Positions 1 through 10,048 of a stretch of 64,000 nt of DNA are shown here, piece after piece (positions within the stretch are counted from its first letter, which is position 1; each line of letters begins with the position of its first letter). Source of the stretch: a virus; IMG/VR virus record IMGVR_UViG_3300046007_003718, positions 32,001-96,000 of that record; one strand, given 5' to 3'. Position numbers and translations under genes: made by a program. The notes beneath the pieces were generated by a model. It was not told the DNA's origin and made no database searches. It saw nothing but the letters and a program-made list of their open reading frames with translations.

Positions 1-3000
1 TGTTGCATACTCACCAAAAGTCATCTTTTCAACAGGAGAAGTCATATGAAAAAGTTCTCCAGTATCTGGATTATAAAGTCCACGATAAGACTTGCTTAAA
101 TCACTTCCTATCCACCCATTATCTATTAAAGTTTGTTGATGAATATCTTCCCAGTCGCCTGCAATATGCATTTTTCCATCAGGATCAATTACGGCTGCAT
201 GAAATCCCTCTATCCAATGGCTTTTCTTTTTCCATTTAGATTCTTTATACCCAACAGGCTGAATAATAAGATCATATGGATGTTTGCCATGATCAAAGTG
301 GAATGACCAGCGCTTCTTTTCTTCGTAAAGTTTTAGATCTTCTATTGCGTGGCCATCTTGCTCTTTAGCCTCGGGGTCAATCTTTTTATTGTCATGAGGG
401 TTTTTCTTATTTATATATCCATTTTTAAGTTGCTTAAGCCACTTAAGAGTTTGCTTCTTTACTTCCTCCCAACTTCCGGTTGTGAGGATATCGTGGCCCA
501 ACTCTCCATCAAGGACGGCTTCCCACGCATCTTCTTTAGATGTTTTCCATTTAGACATTCTCATCTGGGCCACCTCTGCTGGGGAATGACGATTATATCT
601 ATTTACATCGTATCCAACATATGGATTTCTTTCAGGCTCTCCCGAAAACATTTTTACCTCTGATACTGGAATGTCAGCATCTTCAGCAGCCTTAAGCCAT
701 TCTTTTTCGGTTTTATATGGAGATATAAAATGTTCTGGGCTATTAAACCATTCAAAACCCAGTGGCCATTGCTTTTCAGTATCATCTGTGCTGTAATCCC
801 AACTATTTTGAAGTTTGTTCCACTCTTCGGGAGTTGTCATATGTAACAACTCGCCAGTATCCTTGTTGTAAAGACCACGATGATATTTACGCAGTCCTAG
901 ATCGCTAAATAAACTTCCGTGAAAATGATTCCAATCTTTAGCGACTCTCATTTCGCCATTTGGAGTAATAATTGCTGCATAATAATCCTCTAACCAATGG
1001 CCTTTTTTCTTCCATTTAGAAACTTTTGGCATAAACTCTTCTGAATCTAAGAGATTAAAATCTTCTTTTTTGTTTTCACCGTGCCAAAGTTTCTTAAGAG
1101 GCTCATCTCCATATTCATCTGCATCTTTTTCGTACATTAATTTAAAATCTCTAATAGGAATATTTGACTGATTGGCAGCATCTCTCCAATAAGTTTCATG
1201 CTCTAAAGGATTTATGGCCTCATCTTTACTTAGATATTCATAACCGGGGGACATATTCTCATGCTCTTCTGAAGAGGTCATGTGGATAAGTTCTCCAGTT
1301 TTATGATTATAAAGTCCACGATATTGAGGATAACCGCCAATATCCCAATGCGTTGCGTGCCAAGTATCGTCTTCGTCAATTACATTTCCATTACCATCAA
1401 CAATAACCATTCCCGGAGGAGCAACTTCCATTTTCCCATGTTGATTGATTATTGCAGCGCTAAATCCTTCAATCCAATGCGCTTCTTTTTTGTTTCCAGT
1501 ACGTTTTGGTGCAGGAGAAGCAAAAGTAATTTGATATTCATGCTTATAATTCTCTTCTGGTTTATTCCAAAGAAATTTAAAATCTTCTGGAGATTCTTCC
1601 GGTATGTCTCTTTTGTGCATTACATGAACAGATCCAATAGGAATATGTTTTTTATCAACTACATTTAGTTTATCGCCACCCTTTAATAAACCACTAAGAT
1701 TGGGATTCTTGCCATTTTCATCAACGGGTCCATAATCGCCCATCTCTCCAGCCGGTTCAATAATGTCAACAGGCTTTTTTGCAGCATCCATCCAAACTTT
1801 TTGATGCTCTTCGGGGGTAGCATCTAAAGCCTCTCTATTTGGCAAGATATCGTCGTATCTATTTTTTACATATTCTGTTGGTGAACTTAAATGAATTACT
1901 TCTTTTAATTCTGGATTATATAACCCGCGATAATCAGGGAAAGTACCATTTGCTGCGTGAATATTCCAATGATTCATACCTTCGTGATTTGCAAGAATCA
2001 TTCTATATCCACCATTTTCTTCATCAGGAATTAAAGTTGTTGAGTACCATCCGGGGAAATAAGTTCCTCGTTTTTTAATGCTTCCAGTCTTTGTATCGTA
2101 TCCGCCTTGTGCTATTTCCCAAGGAGTTAGAGGACGTTTTCTTTCGCGCATTCTCATCTCTCTAGATACTTCTTCAGGCATTTCCAAATCTGCAACATTT
2201 AGATCTTCCAAGTGCCCTGTCTGATTGTTTAATACGCGAATAGAATCTAATTCGATGTTATTTTGTTCAGCAAGTTGTCTCCAGAATGCTTCCATTCTGT
2301 CGCGCTCATCTTGATCTAGATGTTTGAAGTTATATTCTGCTTCATTCCAAAAATCGGGGTGAGACATATGAATAAAATCTTTTGTGACTGGATTATAGAG
2401 GCCTCTTGCTGTATGATAATTATAATAGTCCGTGCGACTATCCTTATCTGCGACAGCCTTTCTCATGGCTTTTGTGCCAAGATCATTTATATAATCTGCT
2501 GTCACGCCTCCGTGGGTCAGTTTATCATTGAAACCCACATCCATGTGCCAAACGTCGGTGTCTGGGTCTCTTAACGCAACTGTTGCATGATATCCATCTA
2601 CCCAGTATGAGAGTTTGGACATATTATCTAATGCAATTAGAATCGCAGCCTTTTGAGAAAAACCTGCTTTGATTAGAGATTGTTCCATTTCTTGTTGCAT
2701 ATCTAGTTTACTTTTCTTTTCAGGAAGGTCTTTGGGGCTTTGCCCCTCAACATATTCACAAGCCTGAGCGCGAGTCATTCCTTTAGGTGGCTTAATTGAT
2801 CCATTGCAGATTGCTTGCATATATCTGAACTGAGCCTTACTGCGGGCTGGGGCTTCTTTAATCATCCATTTGGACTTAATAGAAGGAAGAGGTAAACGTC
2901 GTTTAGAACCATATTCTTGATAATACTTATCAATTGCATCTTTAATATCCATATCTTTTGCAGCACGACCGACCCAATTTTCTTTATAGACAGGATCTGA

Positions 3001-5127
3001 TTCTTCGATTATTGGATATCTTCTCATAAAGTCTGCAAAAAGATTTGCATCTATTTCCATCGGATGCTTAACATATTCCTCTTCAAACTTTTTAGCAACC
3101 TCTTCGTCTGTTAGGCTTGGATCTATTTTAGTTGGATCAAAATAAGCATCTCTCAACTCTTTTGTAAAGCGTTCTTCTTGGTGTTGATAAGCATGTTGCA
3201 ATTCATGCCAAAGTGCTTCGTTTGCAGATTCTGGAGAGATAAGAGGATTAATATAAATAAATCCACTTCTGTTCTTTCCTTGGGGAGATTCGTGAGTCCC
3301 CAATGCCGCTCTGTTCCAGTGGGTAAGGTCTGGTTTTTCTCTTCCTTTGAGTTGTGCCTGTTCTAAGGATAGAGGAAAAACATTATATTTACTTTCTAAT
3401 GGCCACTCTGGGTGATTGTATAGTCTTTCCAGATTCTCTTTATTCAATTGCCATCTGTGACCCCGAGGGTCTTTATTGTATTTGTATCTTTCTTCAATCT
3501 CTTCAGCAGAAGGCGCTGGGGCTTTTTCATATCCCTCACCGAATTCTTCTGCTTTTTCTGCTGGAGGAACGGATATTTTCCACTTAGACAGACTTACAAA
3601 ATCTTGTTTTTGTGCTTTTTCTTTCAATTTTGGATTTACTATATCTGCACCGATTGGCGTTGGAAGATTATCTTTCATCCATCTAAGAACGGCGAGAGAT
3701 AATCTTGGATATCTTTGATTAAAATTATCTACTGTTTCTTGTGCATATGGATAATAAGTCTTTGCATGACCTTGTTCATTTAATTTTTGTAAATATATTC
3801 TACTTCCGGGGTAATAACTCTGTCCATCCATATAAGTAGCAGGCACATTATAATGAATACTTTCTACATAAGTTGGATTTTTATATTCCGAATATGCACC
3901 TTCAAGATCGTTAGGATCGCTAAAATCTTCGCCATATTCCAATGGATCAGTTTCCACATAATGATTAAATAATTCTGGGTGATTTAAATTATATTCCATT
4001 CCATAAACAATTTGAAGTTTTTCTGGATCCCAAAAAGATATGTTGTGATTGATTTGAGAACGTTGAGACAAGTAAAACCTATCTTTAGACAACATTCCGC
4101 TAGGGACTTCAGTTAATGAACGAGTAAGAGCATCAGAATCTATTTCTGCAATAGGAATAACTCCATATCTTGCAAAATTAGGAACTAATTCATGAACTAT
4201 TGCATAACCCGAAGGTATCTCATACTCGTCAATATTTCTTACATCTATTGGAGTTGCTTTTTCTGACGAAACGACTACCCAAGACTGTTTTTCCATTTCG
4301 TCAAGTAGTTTAGAATAAAAGCCCCATCCTCCGATTGGATCTTTATATGTATCAGGTTGAGGATTATTCTTGCGACGAACTATTCTCCATTTCTTACCAT
4401 TAATAATTTTTATCTCATCTTCATGCTCATCTGAAGTATCTTCATTTTGAATAGATTCAAAAGTTGTTTCTGCTGCGGGAGGACCGTCTGTGTGTTGGCG
4501 GTACATTCTATTAGCATCTTGTGCCATTTTCCACTTAGATTCTTTTTGTGGTCCATAAAGCGCACGTTGCATTAATTGTGCCCGAGTTGGGACTGGAGTA
4601 TCTTCATTTGCAGCAGAAAGCCCTTCATGTAAACCGGGAATAAAGCCAACTCTTTGATCAGTAAAACCACCACGATCAATTGCATACCCGGTTTGACCTA
4701 AGCATTCTGTTGCCAGTGCTTTTTGTGCATGAGGACTTGATAGAGCAAAATGTGTGGAACATGCATCATTTTCACCATGCCAGCCAAAGTCACCTTCAGT
4801 TGCTGCATGACCAAAAACATCATGAACGATTCTGAAGTTTATATTATCTTGTGGGGTCCAGATGGGGTGATCTGCATTTGCAGTAGAAACAATAAAATTT
4901 CTATTGTTTCTTATATCACGGATCATATCCTCAGAAGTATCATAAGGTTCTGGATCCTCTGTTTCTGTTACATTTAAGTGTTGTTTAATGTAATCAGCGT
5001 GTTCCTTAGATTCTTCTGCCAGTTGTTTCCAAGCATATTCTGCTTTTGGATCGTACTTAGGCAAAGCCGCATATCCAGCAGCCACATCTCCAATGTTGTG
5101 GCGAGAATGATCCATATTCCATTGCAT
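1..5127 (-). CDS. Giant modular polyprotein (>=1709 aa, 3' end outside window), probably virion/head-associated; HDxFGH domain, HExxH zincin domain, 5 RGLYN repeats
   Basis: Absent from the ORF track, consistent with no stop inside the window. ATG at 5127 (MQWNMDHSRHNIGDVAAGY). Frame read by hand over much of its length with no stop. Motifs FRIVHDVFGHA, HELQHAYQ...HPMEIDA, PARSKAQFRYM and repeated SKWK linkers. Confidence 0.85.
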   Translation of the reverse strand, partial: MQWNMDHSRHNIGDVAAGYAALPKYDPKAEYAWKQLAEESKEHADYIKQHLNVTETEDPEPYDTSEDMIRDIRNNRNFIVSTANADHPIWTPQDNINFRIVHDVFGHAATEGDFGWHGENDACSTHFALSSPHAQKALATECLGQTGYAIDRGGFTDQRVGFIPGLHEGLSAANEDTPVPTRAQLMQRALYGPQKESKWKMAQDANRMYRQHTDGPPAAETTFESIQNEDTSDEHEDEIKIINGKKWRIVRRKNNPQPDTYKDPIGGWGFYSKLLDEMEKQSWVVVSSEKATPIDVRNIDEYEIPSGYAIVHELVPNFARYGVIPIAEIDSDALTRSLTEVPSGMLSKDRFYLSQRSQINHNISFWDPEKLQIVYGMEYNLNHPELFNHYVETDPLEYGEDFSDPNDLEGAYSEYKNPTYVESIHYNVPATYMDGQSYYPGSRIYLQKLNEQGHAKTYYPYAQETVDNFNQRYPRLSLAVLRWMKDNLPTPIGADIVNPKLKEKAQKQDFVSLSKWKISVPPAEKAEEFGEGYEKAPAPSAEEIEERYKYNKDPRGHRWQLNKENLERLYNHPEWPLESKYNVFPLSLEQAQLKGREKPDLTHWNRAALGTHESPQGKNRSGFIYINPLISPESANEALWHELQHAYQHQEERFTKELRDAYFDPTKIDPSLTDEEVAKKFEEEYVKHPMEIDANLFADFMRRYPIIEESDPVYKENWVGRAAKDMDIKDAIDKYYQEYGSKRRLPLPSIKSKWMIKEAPARSKAQFRYMQAICNGSIKPPKGMTRAQACEYVEGQSPKDLPEKKSKLDMQQEMEQSLIKAGFSQKAAILIALDNMSKLSYWVDGYHATVALRDPDTDVWHMDVGFNDKLTHGGVTADYINDLGTKAMRKAVADKDSRTDYYNYHTARGLYNPVTKDFIHMSHPDFWNEAEYNFKHLDQDERDRMEAFWRQLAEQNNIELDSIRVLNNQTGHLEDLNVADLEMPEEVSREMRMRERKRPLTPWEIAQGGYDTKTGSIKKRGTYFPGWYSTTLIPDEENGGYRMILANHEGMNHWNIHAANGTFPDYRGLYNPELKEVIHLSSPTEYVKNRYDDILPNREALDATPEEHQKVWMDAAKKPVDIIEPAGEMGDYGPVDENGKNPNLSGLLKGGDKLNVVDKKHIPIGSVHVMHKRDIPEESPEDFKFLWNKPEENYKHEYQITFASPAPKRTGNKKEAHWIEGFSAAIINQHGKMEVAPPGMVIVDGNGNVIDEDDTWHATHWDIGGYPQYRGLYNHKTGELIHMTSSEEHENMSPGYEYLSKDEAINPLEHETYWRDAANQSNIPIRDFKLMYEKDADEYGDEPLKKLWHGENKKEDFNLLDSEEFMPKVSKWKKKGHWLEDYYAAIITPNGEMRVAKDWNHFHGSLFSDLGLRKYHRGLYNKDTGELLHMTTPEEWNKLQNSWDYSTDDTEKQWPLGFEWFNSPEHFISPYKTEKEWLKAAEDADIPVSEVKMFSGEPERNPYVGYDVNRYNRHSPAEVAQMRMSKWKTSKEDAWEAVLDGELGHDILTTGSWEEVKKQTLKWLKQLKNGYINKKNPHDNKKIDPEAKEQDGHAIEDLKLYEEKKRWSFHFDHGKHPYDLIIQPVGYKESKWKKKSHWIEGFHAAVIDPDGKMHIAGDWEDIHQQTLIDNGWIGSDLSKSYRGLYNPDTGELFHMTSPVEKMTFGEYAT

Positions 5128-5179
5128 AAAACAAAACCCCCAGACTATACATATATTATAGTCTGAGGGCTGGGTTTTA

Positions 5180-5614
5180 TTAGGCCAAAACTAGCATATC
5201 TACAGGCCAAACATATTCTAGGTCATTTGGAATATCAGACCAGAACTGACTGTAGTGGTCAAAATCTTTGCGGAGAAGATTAGACTTATGTGAAGTATGA
5301 AAATCTTCGTCACCAAGCCACGGAGGAAGGGTGACTTGATTGTTGCCAATACGATCACGGAACCATTCTAGTTGAGTGTCATTGTAACCGCGCTCAATCC
5401 ACTCTAGACAAATAACAGAGCCATAGTAGGCAAGAGCGGTCTCGTAACCACGCCACATATTGACAGCAGGGTGGTTGCGCCAACCCTTAGCCTCGTCACC
5501 GCGATCAATGGTAAGGAGAACTTGCTTGGCCTCAACGCGCTGCTTGCCTAGTCTGCGCCAGTCAAGAACAGAAGCGGTCTCATAAAAATCTGAATATGGA
5601 AGGAAAGTTTGCAT
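5180..5614 (-). CDS. Pyrimidine-dimer DNA glycosylase / endonuclease V-like protein (MSMEG_6728 family)
   Basis: MQTFLPY...LDWRRLGKQRVEAKQ...GWRNHPAVNMWRGYE...PPWLG...HTSHKSNLLRKD signature. Confidence 0.85.
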   Translation of the reverse strand: MQTFLPYSDFYETASVLDWRRLGKQRVEAKQVLLTIDRGDEAKGWRNHPAVNMWRGYETALAYYGSVICLEWIERGYNDTQLEWFRDRIGNNQVTLPPWLGDEDFHTSHKSNLLRKDFDHYSQFWSDIPNDLEYVWPVDMLVLA

Positions 5615-5623
5615 ATTTGTATC

Positions 5624-5902
5624 TTACAAGAATCTTATATCTTTTTCAAGGGCATAAGTTGCGCTAACAATTTGCTTCTTAAGAGCAGCATTGATTTCCC
5701 GCAATTGCTTCACTTCGATAACAAGTTTGGCAACATCGCTAGCAGCATTTTCAAAAAATTCTAAATCTGAATGAGTCATTGGCTTGCCATTCTCTCGTTC
5801 AATATAAATAAATGCATCGTCGCTAGAGATATCGGCTCTCCAATTGGTGGGAGTTGCGTTTCTCACTCGTTCAGATACTTCGTTTAGATTATTTTCAATC
5901 AC
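5624..5902 (-). CDS. Hypothetical phage protein
   Basis: 92-aa ORF in an overlapping operon; C-terminal coiled coil. Confidence 0.6.
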   Translation of the reverse strand: MIENNLNEVSERVRNATPTNWRADISSDDAFIYIERENGKPMTHSDLEFFENAASDVAKLVIEVKQLREINAALKKQIVSATYALEKDIRFL

Positions 5903-6114
5903 TTTTCTTTCCCTGCTCGTAGGTTTGCCCTTTTTACTCTATCATTGATTCTTGTTTTTTCTATTTCTCTTAAAACAAGATCTGATTTGAAAGTCTTTAA
6001 TTCTTGAATAAAATCAACAGCAATGTCTAATTGCCTCTGCAAAGACTCTTTCTCTTCTGTGGCTTCGACCAATTTATCTGTGGAATTAGCCCACATATCT
6101 TCCCAATCTACCAT
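5899..6114 (-). CDS. Hypothetical coiled-coil protein
   Basis: GGAGA RBS; overlaps next gene by 4 nt. Confidence 0.6.
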   Translation of the reverse strand: MVDWEDMWANSTDKLVEATEEKESLQRQLDIAVDFIQELKTFKSDLVLREIEKTRINDRVKRANLRAGKEK

Positions 6115-6130
6115 AATATATCTCCGAATA

Positions 6131-6163
6131 GAAAGGGGGCGGGAAATCCCGCCCCCTTTTATT
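6131..6163. terminator. Intrinsic terminator, possibly bidirectional
   Basis: aaagggggcggga-aa-tcccgcccccttt hairpin with A/T tails. Confidence 0.8.
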
Positions 6164-6360
6164 TAACTTACGACTGGAGCGCTTGACAGAACCTCATGCC
6201 AAGCGGTCTTCACGTTCTCATCTCTTGTTGCTGCGTCCTGAACAAGAGCAACAGGGTTTGAATTCGGGAAATTATCATCTAGACCAAACCGAGAAACAAT
6301 CTCAGTAGCACCTGTCTGAAGGTGGTCTGTGTGTGCAGTGCTTACAAGTCCAAAATGCAT
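6163..6360 (-). CDS. Small hypothetical protein
   Basis: AAGAAAGG RBS; followed directly by a terminator. Confidence 0.6.
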   Translation of the reverse strand: MHFGLVSTAHTDHLQTGATEIVSRFGLDDNFPNSNPVALVQDAATRDENVKTAWHEVLSSAPVVS

Positions 6361-6377
6361 TTTATGCCTTTCTTTAG

Positions 6378-6662
6378 TTAATTTAAGAATGTATTGGGGT
6401 CCAACTCTGGCCCATCATAGTTGCGAACGAAATCTGCTTCATCTTCTTCAAGAAAAGTAACATTGAGTGGAATTTCAATAACTTGAAGTTTTTCACCCTT
6501 CGTCTTTTCAAAGATGAAAGACATTTGATCATAAATGTCTAGAGCATCCTCCACATCAAGAGAAGCATACACAATAGTATTCTCTCTTGCAACTACATAG
6601 ACGGATAATCCGTCGTCGTCAATCTCTTCGTCGCCGTAAATAAAGAAACTGTTCTCCTTCAT
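6378..6662 (-). CDS. Acidic hypothetical protein
   Basis: 94-aa ORF in operon context. Confidence 0.55.
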   Translation of the reverse strand: MKENSFFIYGDEEIDDDGLSVYVVARENTIVYASLDVEDALDIYDQMSFIFEKTKGEKLQVIEIPLNVTFLEEDEADFVRNYDGPELDPNTFLN

Positions 6663-6793
6663 TCGTGTTACTCGTTTCTGGTTGGTATGAAAACTCGTAT
6701 TTTTCCATTACTTTTGCATATTCCTTCTCAAAAGAGTTTTTATTTGACTCTTTCCATCCGTTGGCATATAAATCATGAAAATCATTCTTTTCG

Positions 6794-7105
6794 TTATTCA
6801 TTTACTTTTAGCCCTTTTGTCACTATTTTAAGGTTTTCTGTGCCTTTTTCGGTTAAAAACCAGTCAAAAACGGCCTTTTTAAGCCCTTTTTCGTCTAAAT
6901 CTGCGTTTGAGAGGCTAAAAGTAGTGCATCCCAAATCGGACAGATCTTCTGAATAAAACTCTACTTCCGCAGTCTTTTCGCCTCTAATTTGGGTTATTTT
7001 GATATATAACGGTTTATTGTCGCTACCATCAATAGACATTACGACACAATTTTGGACTACAGACTGTATTTTTCTAATATTTAACTTAAACATGGACTTT
7101 GCCAT
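6794..7105 (-). CDS. Hypothetical protein
   Basis: 103-aa ORF in operon context. Confidence 0.55.
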   Translation of the reverse strand: MAKSMFKLNIRKIQSVVQNCVVMSIDGSDNKPLYIKITQIRGEKTAEVEFYSEDLSDLGCTTFSLSNADLDEKGLKKAVFDWFLTEKGTENLKIVTKGLKVNE

Positions 7106-7145
7106 ACACCTAACTTATCAGAATCCCACTCCCAAATCAAGAATC

Positions 7146-7331
7146 TTAGTTTTTAGAATCTTTCATTTTTGGGTGGGGAGAAATCCAACCAAATATAACA
7201 GCGGAGAGAGTTGCGATTGCCCCCGCAACAGTATCAGGCACCACAATACCAAACATAGTTAGAATCCAAACAATAATTACTCCGACTGCTCCACCTATGG
7301 CTGCTGTTCCTACGGTAGTATCTGGACCCAT
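7146..7331 (-). CDS. Holin-like two-TM membrane protein
   Basis: Two hydrophobic helices separated by VVPDTVA, basic C-tail; GGGAGA RBS before ATG 7331. Confidence 0.55.
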   Translation of the reverse strand: MGPDTTVGTAAIGGAVGVIIVWILTMFGIVVPDTVAGAIATLSAVIFGWISPHPKMKDSKN

Positions 7332-7368
7332 AATAGTCTCCCTTTTCAACTATTATGTTTCGCGGAGA

Positions 7369-7623
7369 TTATGAATCCTTTATAACTTCATAGACCTTTG
7401 TTGTGATCCATCGAATATAGGGCCACGCCAAAAACACGACAAAACTGAGGCCCCACACGGCTACCCACGCGGCAATAAGGATAGTGGAAATAATTCCACC
7501 AATGAAGATTGATACGGGAATTATCGCCAAAAGAATAAAAGCGCCAACAATAAAAAAGCCAACAAATATTTGGGCCATAGTATATTCTAGATCATCTTTA
7601 TTACACTTCTTTAGTTTACTCAT
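7369..7623 (-). CDS. Two-TM membrane protein
   Basis: Long hydrophobic stretches; AGGA RBS. Confidence 0.6.
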   Translation of the reverse strand: MSKLKKCNKDDLEYTMAQIFVGFFIVGAFILLAIIPVSIFIGGIISTILIAAWVAVWGLSFVVFLAWPYIRWITTKVYEVIKDS

Positions 7624-7721
7624 TATTCCTATCTTATATATCTCTATATCTTAAAGACCTAAGTATAACTCTATATAGGTCTTACTCATTATGCAAATCA
7701 TATACATAACTAAAACGAAAA

Positions 7722-7750
7722 CAAAAAGGGGGCCACTCACGGCCCCCTTA
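7722..7750 (-). terminator. Intrinsic terminator
   Basis: ggggggcc-actcac-ggccccc hairpin with U-tract on minus strand. Confidence 0.7.
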
Positions 7751-7754
7751 GAGT

Positions 7755-8060
7755 CTACGACCTATACTTCAAAACATCATCATAGTAATCGGGATCATAA
7801 AACCTTCCCGATGTATTGGGATCTGTACTCGCATCTTCGTTGTTTGTAAAGAACCTGCGGATAAGATCAATTACCTCTCTATATGCATATGCATCATTCA
7901 AGTTGCTCTTCTCTACAAGGCTCACATAGAAATCAAGAAGATCCTCCCGATTCATATGGATGACAACAGTTTCATCCTTCTCACTTCGGACGACGATATC
8001 GCCCTTAAGAACATCAATTGACATTAGACCTCTTAATCCTTTCACTCTTGGATATTCCAA
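7755..8060 (-). CDS. Hypothetical protein
   Basis: ORF ends at terminator; true start may be MSIDVL. Confidence 0.55.
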   Translation of the reverse strand: MEYPRVKGLRGLMSIDVLKGDIVVRSEKDETVVIHMNREDLLDFYVSLVEKSNLNDAYAYREVIDLIRRFFTNNEDASTDPNTSGRFYDPDYYDDVLKYRS

Positions 8061-8243
8061 CCCTTATTATAACAACTATTATATGCCTGCCAATACCCAA
8101 TCGCAACATCGCGTGGGCCTACATTCTCAATGCGATTAAGTGCATCAAGAAACAGATACGAGCGCATAACGAGCGACAAATCAATTCCTCGCGGCGCAGC
8201 GTTCAAAAAATTACTTTTTGTCACAATATTGTTACAATCTCAT

Positions 8244-8435
8244 CTAGCCTGTACGACGGAGATTATAGATCTGGATATCCTGAATGAATGCTGCATTATT
8301 CAAATCAAGGGATCCTTCGGCAATCTTCGTGACAAGATCATTCTTGGCAGCCTCAATGGCCTCTGGGTCTCCCTGACCTTCGGCTTCAACATTGACAGTT
8401 AAGACAATATCTGCCTGTGCCTGATAAGTAGCCAT
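8244..8435 (-). CDS. Small hypothetical protein
   Basis: AAAGGA RBS. Confidence 0.6.
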   Translation of the reverse strand: MATYQAQADIVLTVNVEAEGQGDPEAIEAAKNDLVTKIAEGSLDLNNAAFIQDIQIYNLRRTG

Positions 8436-9730
8436 CTAATTCCTTTCTATTTGTAATCTATAAAGATTCCTATAAGGACGATAAAGAACACTATCCCAAG
8501 GAAACATAAAAGCATAAACATAACTGCATCATGCAGGGCCTGCATATCAGTCCTTATCTTGCTTGCGCTTAACGTTCCAGATCATGATTAGTATCATGGC
8601 CAAGGGAACGAGTAGCCAAACGATATATTGACCAAGGAAATACATACACCTACTCTACCAAATATGCTCGCAGATTTCAAAGGGCTGGGACTCCTATCCG
8701 CAGACATACTTTGCGTTTTAGGGATATGGGGGGGTGCTTAATGGACAAAACATATAGGGGGTATATCTTTTGTCCACATATACATAGCAGAACAGTACCG
8801 TTTTCGGTACGGTCTTGCTACCGCTTTAAGGGAAAACTCTTGCGGCGGTACAAACACCCAGCCTAAGCATCTGTCGCTTGCGCCTTCATGCATAAACTCA
8901 AACTACGGAAAATTGCTTACAGATTTAAGAGGAGGGGGACTCCTAACTCAGATATGGGTACCCTTGATTTAAAAGGGATATGGGGGGAGGGGGGGGGTGG
9001 CCCCCTACACTATAGTCGGCCCCCTGTCAAGTCACACCTGTATGTCACAGTTAAGTGTAACTTACCTATTGGGATTCTCCCATGCCATAAGCACAAAGGG
9101 ATAAACGAGATACATAGCCAGAGTCACTACAGCAGAAGCATATCCCAGCATGACCATAGGCACACCAATGAGGGGCAGGGGCACCATGATGATGAGGCCA
9201 AGGACAAGTACCACAAACCCCCTTGCCACAATGGCATTGGCCCATCTCCTCCACGGGTGGAGCGTAGCCTTCCCTTCCCTGTATCCACGGCTAAACGCCT
9301 GTGTGAATGACTCCCTATGAGCCTGTACGGGCACGCTGTTTACATGAGCATGGGGAATACGCCCACTATTCACCACTTCTCCCCCACTATCCCCACCTGT
9401 GTTGGATGCATCGTTCTCCCCATAGCCAAGGGATATACGGCTGCCTTCCATCGTTGTGTAGTCCGGCTTTGTATGTGACACCTGTGTTGCACCTCCCCCT
9501 CTGTATCTTGTCTATATGTGACATATGCTTATTGGTATGTATATGGGCCGCCGAATGGGCTTCCCTGTAGAGGTGAGTTACACCCCAAAAGTATTTTTTT
9601 TAACCGCCGACGCGAGGGCATAGCCTCCCCCTTCCTGCCGTCCCCCGCATACTATCATATGTGTCAAGTGTATGCCCTCCTCGTTTGTACCGGGTGGGCT
9701 TCTATGGGCCACGGGCATTGGATGAATCCA

Positions 9731-10010
9731 TGAGAAGCGATCTACGGGCCGCGAATGGGGCTACCCATGCTAGGACATAGGCTAGGGGGTCGGAGGCCCG
9801 TGTAGGCCTTCCTGTGGCTTCCTGTGCATGGTCCCGTGGATGCCAGCCCCCGTGTCTGGTGGGCCAGCCTGTTCTGTATGGGTCATGGCCGTTGGATGAA
9901 TCGCTGAGAGGCTCTGTATGGGCCGCGCCTCGGGGTACCCATGCTAGACCCTTGCCCACCACCTCGGAGGCCGTCCTAGGCCCTCCTGTGGCCTCGGAGG
10001 CATGGTCCCC
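9731..10010. repeat. Two tandem copies (9731, 9905) of a ~105-bp dispersed non-coding element
   Basis: TGAGA.GC..T.TAYGGGCC.CG-N9-CCCATGCTAG...GGCC...GGCC; also at 12987 and 13958. Confidence 0.75.
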
Positions 10011-10016
10011 GGAACG

Positions 10017-10048
10017 ACAAAGGGCCACCCCGGAAGGTGGCCCTTGTC
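10017..10048 (-). terminator. Intrinsic terminator after helicase C-half
   Basis: aagggccacc-ccggaa-ggtggccctt hairpin. Confidence 0.7.

Noticed and set aside
3-5166. Short plus-strand ORFs in the ORF track
   Set aside because: Antisense shadows of the giant minus-strand ORF; no RBS or protein-like composition.
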